A stretch of DNA of 64,000 nucleotides, from positions 744,001-808,000 of the forward strand of contig CM052837.1 in NCBI GenBank assembly GCA_028534125.1. Direction: 5' to 3'. This DNA is from Lama glama (taxonomy: Eukaryota). Shown in pieces: positions 22,776 through 33,268 of this stretch. The position numbers and the translations under genes are program-made. The notes under the pieces were generated by a model. The model saw only the letters and a list, made by a program, of their open reading frames with translations. It had not been told where the DNA came from and did no database searches. Positions within the stretch are counted from its first letter, which is position 1. Each line of letters starts with the position of its first letter.

Positions 22776-25700
22776 GAGACCTTTCAGAAGCTACCGAGAG
22801 ATGTCAGCAGGAGGTGTGTGTCTCGTCGGTGTTGATGGTGGAAGGGGTGTCGGGGAGGAGGAGAAGGCGGGGCGAGGGCGAGCCTGAGGGGTGAGTTAAG
22901 CGTGTGCTTACGGTGTGTCCACCCCGGGCAGGGGCCTGGGCGGGGCGGGCGGGGCGGGCTGGGGAGGCAGGCAGAGGACGGCTCTCTGAGGCTGGCTCCC
23001 CGGGACACCCAGTGCAGGGCTGGTGGGGGATGTGGACACACATCTATTTCTGAATCATCCGAAACTCTGAATACAAATTCCAGGAAGAGCGGCGTTTCTG
23101 GGCAGCGTCTGAGAGAAACAGTGCTTCCAGCTTCTGGGAAAAGCCTCGCGCCCGGAGCCGGCAGCAGGCCGGTGCCCGAGAGGGCTCGCTGGGTGGCCGC
23201 CATGCAGTGCACTTGGATGTCCTGTGCAGCGCCTGGGGCCTGTGGCGTTAGAGGGCACAGTTCCCCTCCGGCCGCGGCATGCTCTGCAGGACGTCTGCAG
23301 GCCCACGGCTCCTGGCCGGGTCACAGCTGGGCTTTTCCCTCACGCCCGGTCCCCGTCTGCCGACCTGCGTGGAAGCCACCACAAGCACAGAAGGACAGAC
23401 AGCCAACTCCGCCTGTCCTGTCTGGCCTTTCTCGAAAGATGGAACCTCCTGTGTCTATGTGTCCGTCCAACAGGTGCACAGGACCAGCGAGGGATCTGAG
23501 CCTCACAGCAGGCGTGGGGGCGGGCGAACTTAGGGACAAACATCAAACAAACAGGCCCTGAGGACCCAGGTCCACACGCTGGGCCCTCCTCTGGCCACAG
23601 AGCCGGCAGGCAACCCCGGGGCTCATCCCATCAAGGGCAAGAAGGGCTCTGGAGAGGCTGGCGTGGACTCAAACGGAACGACGCGCACAATTCCCAGCCT
23701 CCCCCCACCCCCGCCCGGGAGGGGGCGCTGAGGGCGCGCGGGCGAGCGGGAGAGGCTCCTGTGGGTCTCCCGGAGCACGCCCGGGACGAGCTGCAGACCG
23801 GCTAGGAGACTCGGCGGACTGTCCAGCCCCGAGTTCAGTGACCCAGAAATGGGGGGCCCTTCAGTGCGGCCAGGCCAGCTCTGCAGGGAGGTGCCCGCTC
23901 AGGTGGGCAGAACAGCTCTGCCCAAGGGAGAAGGGAAAGCAGGGCCACCTCGCGGGGACTTGGGAAGCGGACGCAGCCCCACAGGCGCCGCAGGTCCAGA
24001 CGGGCCCGAGTCTGGCGTCCGAGCACCGCAGCCGTGAGAAGAGAGGCCCTTCCTCCGCCAGCTCTCCGCCTCCCTGGGCCCCAGCATCGCTCACCATCGC
24101 CCCACGGCCTCAGTTTTCTCTGAAGGGCCCAGGACACCTGCAGCCAAGAGGGAGGGTGTGCCACGGCCCCGCTGGGACGCGCGCTCCCTGCCTCTCCCGC
24201 CCGCCACGTCCCCAGTCCCGAAACCTGCGGTCCTGCTGAGCCTCCCCCTCCTCTCACGGTCACCCACTCCCAGAGCAGCCGTGCTGCACCTGGGACGCCG
24301 GCCCCCAGGCCCAGCTTACACGCGCCCGTGTGCACACAGGCCGCGGGGCCCTAGCCCCGAGGATGGACCTGAGAGGTCACACGGCTGTCTCCCGAGGGCT
24401 GACGCGGCAAGCCCAGAGCACGGCCCTGAGCTGGGGGTGGCTGTCAGGAGCGGGGCCGCGCTCCCGCTCCACAGACAGAGCAGAGGTGCTCGAGGCCATG
24501 GGGAACCCGGGCTGGAGGCGGGAGCTGTGCCCTGGGAAGGCTCTGGGACGCGCTGGGAAGGATCTGCTGGTCCCTCCCCAACAGCGGGCGGGGTGGGTGG
24601 GGTGGCCACAGCACCACGGAGGAGGAGCTGGTTGCCTCTTTCCTTATCCTCCTCTTCCCCCGTGTCCCAGTGCCCGAGCGGAGCAGCGATGGCAGACGGA
24701 CCAGGGTCCCTCCCATGGGGCAGTGTTTCTCCAGCCCACAGGGGGATGTGGCTGCAGTTCTTAACTGGACAATCTGAAGGCTGCTGGACACCCACACAGG
24801 AGCCCGGGGCCTGGAGCAGCTGGACCACGAGACACAAGCAGCTCTGGGTGGGCCGCGGCTCGGGAACCCCCCATCGAGGTCACTGGGAAGCCCTTTCTGG
24901 CACCATCTGGGAGCTTGGCTGCTCCTGTCCTGGGTGCACAGAGCAGCAGGGGAGGCAGGGCCAGCCGCCCATCAGCCAGTGGGATCAGCCTGTGACTTTG
25001 GAGGAGCTTCTGTGTCGGGGGCAAAGAGGGGGCACAGGGACACCTCCAAAGCTTCCACTTTCCTGATGGACGCTGGTGCCTGGTCCGTGGACGGGTGACC
25101 ACGGCCCTGCTCTGTACCCGGATCAAACACTGGACAGAGGGCACCAGCGTGGGGGGCACGGCTGCACTGGGTCCCCCCGCCCGGCTGGCCTCTCGGTGTG
25201 CACGCAGAGATGACTGGAATCTGGGCAGGAACACGTCCGTGACCGCAGAGCCCCAAGTACATGGCCTTCCTGGGACGGGACTTGGCAAATGAGCCGCTCC
25301 AGGTGCAGCGACAGGAAGAAAGTGCTTATTCTGCACAGTTTGCGTCCGTGGTTTTAAATCAGACTGTGACGTCCCCAGACACACTCTGCACCCCTGTTCA
25401 CACTAACACGCCTGCACGCAGAGCACCCAGCTCAGCAGTCCTGCCAGGAACGTCACACAGAGGCCCCAGCGCGGTGGGGTCAGGGCCCTCCTGCTCTGAG
25501 TCTCTGGAGAGGGACCCTGGGCCGAGTCGGGGCGGTTAGGAGGGGCCGCCAGCGGGAGCCTCACAGTCTCTGTCTCAAAGCTGCTTTGGGGACAAGTGGG
25601 GATGGCTTCATATGAGGCTGGGCTGGGAGAGGTGGCCTTGCCCGGGGCAGGGTCCCCTCCCTGTCCGAGTCCCACAGGGTGGAGTCTGGAGCAGACGGCT

Positions 25701-26976
25701 TGCTCTTAAAAGAAATCTCCCGACGCCTGAGCCAGAGGCGCGGGCCAGGCCCTGTGCTCAGACAGAGTCTCAGCCCTGAGCACATGGCCCACCCGGCTCA
25801 TCTCAACTCTCCTGCGTGCCCCACAGGACACAGCACCTCACCCCCCAAAATGCCTGGGTGGGGGCCGAGGTTGGCTACAGAAGGCACGTACTTTATTTCA
25901 AGTCAATTTTAGACACTGCAAATGACAGGAGAACGGGCCGCGATCTTTCGGGGCATGGTGTGGGCATCCGTGGGGCCCCTTGAGTTAGTGCTCCCACAGA
26001 CCCTAAGCCCACCCCAGCTGCTGCGTCCCCACTCCGTCCCGGGACTTCATCCTCCTGGGATCCTGGGAGGCAAACCCCCGTTGCAAACCCCTGCACCAGC
26101 TGGGAGCCCGTGGCCCAGATGCGGGGCCAGGATCAGGAGAGTGAACCCAAAGCTGCATGCTGCGCCCGTGGAGGGAGGGGCGACGTGAGCAGCTGGAAGC
26201 CCCGACACGTCTGAGGTGGGATGTCTTCCCCCTGCGGGACTCTTTTTGATTTAAAGTTGAGGCGGGGGTTCTAATTTTCTGAAATGTTTGTTCATCTTTC
26301 GGTTTTGTTTTGGACACTGCCGTTTCCCAGCAGAAAGGTGACGGACGAAACAGCCGGGAGGCACGTCTGGAAAGTGGTCGTCAGTGAGGTCGAGTGTTCG
26401 CCAAGTGACGCCTGTTAAGGTATGAATCTCAGCTGAGCAGCGTCAGCCTGCAGTCGGTAAACAGCCACCTTCTCTCTCGCTCGGAGTCACGGCCCCTAAA
26501 TGTCCCTGTAGCCCTTCAGAGATGACTGATGGACAAGAGCCACCGGGAACTGACACCTCGAAACGTTTTCCTCTGAACACTGATCGGAGCCCCAGAGAGC
26601 AAAACCCCCACCTCTCCAGAAAACCCGGGTCCACCCCTTCCACACGAGTCAGCGGCAGGGGCGTCCCTGGGCTGGTCTGAGCGGCGCCTTCGGGAGCAGC
26701 TTCCGCGTGCGTCATTTTCTGCACACGTGTGCTGTCTCCCAGTCGTGCTGGTCTTAGTTCTAACACTTATCTTGGGGCCCGATTCTTACATGTTGTATCT
26801 CATTTCATTTTATGCAATTTAACAGGTTATTTACGATAAAGGGGTTTAAGATGATGTGGACGTTTGAGCTAAACAACTTTCGTAACGTAAATCATCGCGT
26901 GTGGTCAGTGGTGCTTTGCGGCTCGTTGGTAATCTGCTTTAGAGCGTTTTGTCCTAGAGAACGTGCGTTACAGAGC

Positions 26977-27113
26977 TTTTTTTCTTAATTACGATTCAGT
27001 TATTTGGGGGTGGAGATGATGAGGCTTACTTATTTTCAGTGGTGGTGCTGGGGACTGTGCCCAGGACCTCGCGCACGCCAAAACACGCTCTGCCACTGGG
27101 CCACACCCGCCCC
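26977..27113 (-). mobile_element. Degenerate camelid tRNA-derived SINE (Vic-1-like)
   Basis: gtgctggggactgtgcccaggacctcgcgcacgcc...ctctgccactgggccacaccc, with a T tail at 26977. Direct repeat cagagct on both flanks (26971 and 27119) fits a target-site duplication. Confidence 0.8.
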
Positions 27114-30100
27114 GCGCCCAGAGCTCTCACAACGCGACGTGAGGCCACGTCTAGCTGTGTTGAAGGCGCAGGTGTAAGCTAACGCTCACGGGCCTTTTCC
27201 AGATGTCCCCTCGCAACCCACCTGGCGGGAGTGTTCCCACCGCCCAGGCAAGCTCCCACCTGGGGACACACCGCGTGGACCCAGGCACACCAGCCCTATT
27301 CTGACCCTTGCTGACAAGACGCTGCAGGCGCAGGGCAGGGCTGGGCTCACCCTGTGTTCTCAGAGAGCCGGGCGACGCGACCTTCACCCAAAGAGGCGTC
27401 CAAAGACACGCCAGTGCTCCTAAGCCGGAGTCTGTCTCATTTTTAAGAAATTGTGTCAGCTATAAATATTTCGTTTGCAAGATCCTGGAAAGAAGCACGG
27501 AAGAAAAGAGACAGAATCTCAGAAAAGTTAAGTGATCTCGGTCATGCAGCAGGCAGCAGCAGAGCCCAGAGACGGAGGCCTGGCTCCCGGCAGGAGCCTC
27601 AGAAGCTGTCGGGCCGGGAAAAGCCACCCTCCTCACTCCCCACCCAATCCTCATGCTGCCTGTGTCACAGAAAAGCCACACTGAGGCCACCCAGGTGCAG
27701 CCTGGGGCCTGAAAAAGTCAGAGCAGCTCCCCTTTAAGACAGGTTTGTGAACTCCCGGGAGGAATCTGAGAAGTCTCAGTATCTGGCGGTGAGAATGTAG
27801 AAAACTCACGTGCCAAACCAACGCCGGTGACCCGGCGCGCCGCGCTCCTCCGGACCTGGAGATGCGGGCAGATTCCTCCAGCGTCCGCTGCACCCAACAC
27901 GCGAAACCTTTAACGTTCGGTGTTTCTGATGCGTCGGCACAGCGCTGCCGGTGCGGTGACGCTGGGCCAGGCTGCGGCTCCAGGGTCCCCCGTGGCAGCG
28001 CCTTTCACCCCAAACGGCCCCGTGACTTCCCATCGAGGGGCCAGGCCGTCCTGCTTCTCATCAGCCCCTCGTGTTGCTGATGCCGACAGACCGACACCCG
28101 GTCCTCCAATCGCCGGGCCCGCGCCCCTCATGCTCAGAAGGTTGCTGACAATGTGAGTGTTCACACCACAGGTCCCAGCCGCGCTCGGCGGGTTTGGCCA
28201 CAAGGGTGCATGGGCCCCAAGAAGGCCAACGGCAGAGGCTCAGGGTCACGCTAGTTCTACCAGGGGGTCGGAGGACATGAAACTGCCAGCCTGTGGGCTG
28301 CTCATTCATATCACAAAAGCTTAGCCAAGGACGCCTTACAAAGGTACTCAGAGGTCTGGCTGAATCCTCCAGGCACGTCGCTGACAATTTTTAGGAACAG
28401 CTTTTCTGTAAAGGGAGGCACAGAGGTGTGCAGTGTGGGGGGACCACGTGGGGGGCCACCCTCCACCGGTCCCTGGAGGCCAGCCCAGGCTACCCCTCTC
28501 CAGCCAGCAGACCCCACACTCGGAACCCATCTGAGGGAGCAGGGTCTCCAGAGGGCATCTCAGACGTGCCAGGTGACGCTCAATCGTGTGTTCCCTGACG
28601 GAGATGGAATACTCTCACCAACCTCAGAATAGCACCGACTGCTGTCTGCCCTGGGAAACTTACGTAAGAAAACATCTTTTATTCTCTTATAACAGTAATG
28701 ACTCCCGAGAAGACGTGCGTTAGGAGCTAATGAGAAAGGTGAGTGCAATTTACGCCTGTGCTAAATGAGGAAGAAACGAATTGTTTACAATTTATTAATT
28801 GCGCTTTAAAGGTTTTTTTTCTTAACCGAAAGAAAACGTCTTTTGCTCATCCTGGTTCAACCCGAACCCGACCCCCCACTCCGCCTGGCACGTCTGTCTG
28901 CTGATATAAGTTAAATAGAATTGTTTCAAATGTCTCTTTTCTCAGGATCTGAAATTCTCTCTCCTCCTTCAGTTCCCCTCTTTGTGCCTCAAGGAATGTT
29001 AGCAGTTTTCCTTTTTAACCCCAAAAAGGAATCATTCAAAGAAGCTGTTTCTGAGGATGGCAAGGAAATGAAACGTCACAACCGCATTTAGAGGTGGAGG
29101 GTTTCCACATCCTTCCTCAGACACAGCTCCCGGACTCCGGGAGGGTGTCGACAGAGGGGAGGGCAACGGGGAGAGGGTGAGGGGCCCACTGTGGGCTGAG
29201 TGCACTGTTCACCCCACCTTTGTGAACCATGGAAATTTCCCACTGTAAACAACTTTAGACGTAGATTTCCCCAGTTTTTCCTTTATTTAACCAGGCCTTC
29301 TTGATTATGATGATTTCATTCTCATGCAGAAGGTGGGGGCAGGGTGGGAGGGGGCACCAGTTCAGCCACAAACAAAGGGGCCAGGGTGCTGGAGTCGGGG
29401 GAGACCAAGGGCGACCCTCAAGCGTCTCACAGGCCTGCGCCTGTGGTCCGACCTCCAGAAAGACAGTCCACAGAACCACCAGGCTCACAGCATGCAGTAA
29501 TTCATGCAAAAATTCGCTCCAGCTACCTCCCGTCCTAGCCAGAACGGACATCAGACCGCCACGGGGGGCTCTCCACTCTGGCCGCTGTGAGCATTTACGG
29601 AGCCAGGCCCCCCAGGGGACCACATCCTGGCACCACTGCCGACTGACTGCCAGGCAGTCTCTCTCAGCAAGGAAAAGTTGGCCGGCTCTGGGGCTGGTTA
29701 CAGGCGGCTCGCCCCACGGCTGCAGGTCTGCAGCCGCTCCCTCTGGGCTCTGACCAGACGCACTGGCCAGCCGGAGGGGGACCGACTCAGACGCTGCTGC
29801 CTGCCTCACCGCTGAGCCTGACTCTGACTAACAATTGGGGACCCCCCCCACCAGCCCCTAAGTCAACCAAGCTCTTGGTTAGTGTCTGCTGCACTGAACA
29901 CCCGGACGTGGCCAGGCAAGGCGCAGACAGCAAGTCCGGCCAGGAGCCTGCTGGCGCCAGCGCAGCTGACGCCGCAGAAGGGCTGTGCGCACCTGAAGTC
30001 TGAGCTAGGCACCCAAGCCTCTGCCTGCAAGGGGACCCCCAAGGAAACGAAGGCGAGCAGAGGACCCCTTCCTCGAGTCCTTCAGAAAAGCCAAGCCACC

Positions 30101-31019
30101 TCACTGGCAGCCTCCCCAGGGCAAGGCTGTCAAGTGCCCACTCCACTGGGGTCTTGCAGAAGACACACCCCATCAAAGCGCCTACCCTAGGAAAAGTGCC
30201 CGATTCTGCCTGTAATCCAAGCCTCTTTCTCTGTAGCTGGGAGAGCGCACAGGAGGGGTCAGAAATCATACCGAGGGAAATCAAGACGAGAACTTGAGCC
30301 CCAGAGCGCATCCCTCATCCCCTCTCAGCGCGGGGCTGGCGGCTCCGGGGCTGCGGGCTGTCGCGGCTGCCAGGGATCAGACAGCTCGCGGGCGCGAGGG
30401 GCTCCCGGGGTCCCCACCTCCGTCCCGGTCGCCGGCCGAGAGTCCCCATCTCCAGCGCGCTTGCACACTCGCCTTCCTCTTTCCCTCCGTTCGGAGAATC
30501 GAAGCCCGTTTCCCTTCCCGGTCCCAGATGGACCTCGGTCCCCAGCTCCGCGGCGGCCCCGCTCACCAGCCCCAGCCGGTCTCCTTTGGGTCGCTCGAGG
30601 GGGTCTCCCGAACCCGCAGAGCACATGCCCGCCGCGCGCTTCCACCGCCCCCGGCAGCCCCGCTCCGCGGCGCTCCCGGGTTTCGGTCTCAGCAGCTCTC
30701 TCCGACTTTGCACAGCGGCCCCTCCGCGCCACCGGGGCGCCCGGGGTGGCGGGGCGCCAAGCTGCAGCCCGGGCTGACAGCACCGGCCCCTTCCTCCGCA
30801 TCTTCATCGCCCGCTCCTCCCTCCCTGGCACCTGGCGCCCCCTCGCCTCCACGGTCCCGCCGCCCGGACCACCACGACTCACCCGGGCGCCGCGCCGCCG
30901 CCGGTGTGCGCGCTCTGAGGCGGAGCCAGGAATCCCTCCCGCGCGGGGGCCGCCTCCCGCGCCCGCCCGCTGACCCCGGCCCCTCCGCTGCCCAGGCTGC
31001 CGGGGCGGTAGGCACTTAC

Positions 31020-31330
31020 CTCCTGGACAAGGTGACCCGCTAGTGCGCCCAGGCGGCGGCCCGCGCGTCTCCGGAGGGAGCGAGGGAGCGAGGGCGCGGG
31101 GCGCGGGGCGGTGAGGCGCCCGCCTCTGCTCCTCGGCTCCTCGGCTCCCGGTCCCCGCCCCCGCCGCTGCCCGGCCCTCCCCTCCGCTCCCTCCGCGCCT
31201 CTCCGGCCTTGCGCTCGTCGCCCGCGCCCCCGGCTGCTCCGCGCGTGCTGGAGCGCCGGGCGCCGGGCACCGGGCAGCGGCGGCGGCCGGGGCGGCTGGA
31301 GCTCGCCAGCGGCGGCGACCGGGCGGAGCC
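31020..31330 (-). other. Probable non-coding first exon (5' boundary uncertain)
   Basis: Donor GAG|GTAAGT at 31020/31019 inside the CpG island; no minus-strand ATG between 31020 and 31656. Confidence 0.65.
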
Positions 31331-31488
31331 GGGCCCTCCGGCTCCCAGGAAAGGAGGGTGCGGGGAGACTCCCGCGGCGCGCGCCCGGCCGGCGGGTGGG
31401 CGAGGGGTGCCCGGGGCGCGCCGCTCGGCTTCCGAGCCTGGAGACACGCGTGCCGGAGGCGGCGACCACGGGCTCGGGGGATGGCAGC

Positions 31489-31530
31489 GAGGAGAAAGAG
31501 GAGGAGGAGGAGGAGGCGGAGGAGGAGGGA
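31489..31530. repeat. (GGA)n purine repeat in the promoter
   Basis: gaggagaaagaggaggaggaggaggaggcggaggaggaggga. Confidence 0.9.
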
Positions 31531-31763
31531 GCGGCCCCGCGCGAAGGCGGTCGCCAGCTGTGCCCTAGGCCCCCGGGGCCCCGAGGGATCGCGTCTGGCA
31601 GGTGGCCCGGGGTCGGTGTCTGGGAATGTGAGGGTGCGAGCGGCTGGGCAAGAAGGCATCCGCCGGGGACCAGGGGGGCAGCTTTGATGCCAGGCTCCGA
31701 GAAGAGACGGCTCCCCTCGGTCCTAAAGGCCTCCCCCGGCTCCGGCTTGGGTTTTATTTTGCG

Positions 31764-31807
31764 TTTTCTTTTTCTTTCTTTCTTTCTTTTCTTTTTTTTT
31801 TTTTTTT
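31764..31807. repeat. (TTTC)n/poly-T tract at the CpG-island edge
   Basis: Directly visible pyrimidine tract. Confidence 0.92.
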
Positions 31808-33006
31808 GAGGCTCATAAGGACCCACTTACAGTCCTGACCAGCCAACCACGAAGAGGTAACCAGGCACGGGGCCCAGGCTCCAGGACCCCAGCCCAGCCC
31901 CAAACCCGGCTGATGCGCCTGCAGGGCTGGCCCTGGGCGGTGGGAATTCAGAGGAAGCTGGGGGGGTGGGGGGAGGGGAAAGCGCTGGGGATGGGGGATG
32001 GCAGGGCATAATCCTGGTGAGCAGAGTGGGCAGTGGGGAGGGAGGGAGCCCAGGCACCTCCCAAGATAGCCTGCGTTGCAAACGCTGGGGGACGCGGGGG
32101 AAGTGGTGTTTGCAGCTTGGATTTCATAGAGAAAGAATGAAGTACCGGGAAGGGAGTCAAAAGTGGTGCAGGGAAGGGATCTGTGAGCCCGTTTCTGCCC
32201 CAGGCACAGAGGCAACAGGGGCCTGCGGCCGTGCTGGCCGGCTCACGCCCTGGTGTCAAAGTCAGCTGTGCCCCAGGAGACCCTCCTCAGTGCCAAGCCC
32301 TCTGCCTCTCCCTTCGCCCGTCTCCTCAGGTGGGGTTTCCAGAGGACTGGAGTTGGAGGTGGGGCCTCCAGATTCCCTTTGCAGGACTGGCTCCTATGGG
32401 TCCTTGGCAGCCGGGAGAGAAAGCTTACGTCCCAGTGCACCTGCAGGAGGCACTTGGGTGGAGGCGCGGGTCCACGGAACCAGCTGGCACCATCAGAGCT
32501 TTGAATCCACCTGTGTGACTTCCTGGCTCCACCGCTGCTGTACCTGGAAAAGTCCAATTTAAACTGCCAGCCACGCCCTGGGGCACAGGCAGGCCCAGCT
32601 GAAACCCAGGCTGGAGTTCTCTCGTTCGGGAAACAAAGCTGGCCCCAAAGCCAGTCCACAACCTAGACCAGCACGAGTGCACCCAGAGGCGAGAGCTGGC
32701 GTCCTGCGGCTGCGGAAACCTCAGGTGGCCTTCTGAAAAAACCCTCCGCTTCTTCCTCTGGCAAATCGATGTAACGATTCTGCACCTCAGATGAATGTAA
32801 TGGTATCTGCTGAGCCCAGGGGGTCAGATGACAGAAGGCTCTGGTCGGGAAAGGATCCAGGAATGGCGGCGAGTTTACTTGGGTAAGCTGGCAGTTCTCT
32901 CCCATCTGAGACGTTCTTCCAGGCGGGAGGAGCTCACACCCTTTTCTGAGTGTTCCAGACCACAGCCCTGCAGCTCTGGGATCTAGAGGGCACCTTGGTG
33001 GCAGCA

Positions 33007-33111
33007 AGTCTGTTTCTGTTTTGTAGAGAAGTTCATCGTGTCCTCCTTTTTCTTTTTCTTTTTTTCAGGTTCCACATATGAGCAATATCATATGGCATTT
33101 TTCCTTCTCTT
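33007..33111 (-). mobile_element. Young LINE-1 internal 3' fragment adjoining an N gap
   Basis: agtctgtttctgttttgtaga...ttccacatatgagcaatatcatatgg; shares the motif seen at 7498-7520. Confidence 0.85.
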
Positions 33112-33268
33112 NNNNNNNNNNNNNNNNNNNNNNNNNNNNNNNNNNNNNNNNNNNNNNNNNNNNNNNNNNNNNNNNNNNNNNNNNNNNNNNNNNNNNNNNN
33201 NNNNNNNNNNNNNNNNNNNNNNNNNNNNNNNNNNNNNNNNNNNNNNNNNNNNNNNNNNNNNNNNNNNN
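33112..33268. other. N gap (157 N)
   Basis: Run of N. Confidence 0.99.

Larger units (their letters stand above)
30300..31720. promoter_or_regulatory. CpG-island promoter of an unidentified minus-strand gene
   Basis: Very high GC and CpG density over ~1.4 kb, multiple GC boxes (GGGGCGG/CCGCCC), a (GGA)n tract, and consensus minus-strand 5' splice sites. Confidence 0.9.

Noticed and set aside
1-31330. Naming the host gene (the layout suggested Golli-MBP, ST3GAL1, SHANK2 or RNF144A)
   Set aside because: Only the architecture matches. I did not find the Golli coding exon (MGNHAGKRELNAEKAST-like), RSAD2 exons, or any other diagnostic sequence, so no symbol is assigned.
30294-31826. Overlapping long ORFs on both strands (249, 444, 315 and 232 aa)
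   Set aside because: Stop codons are depleted in a CpG island; the products are P/A/R/G-rich low-complexity sequence with no family resemblance.
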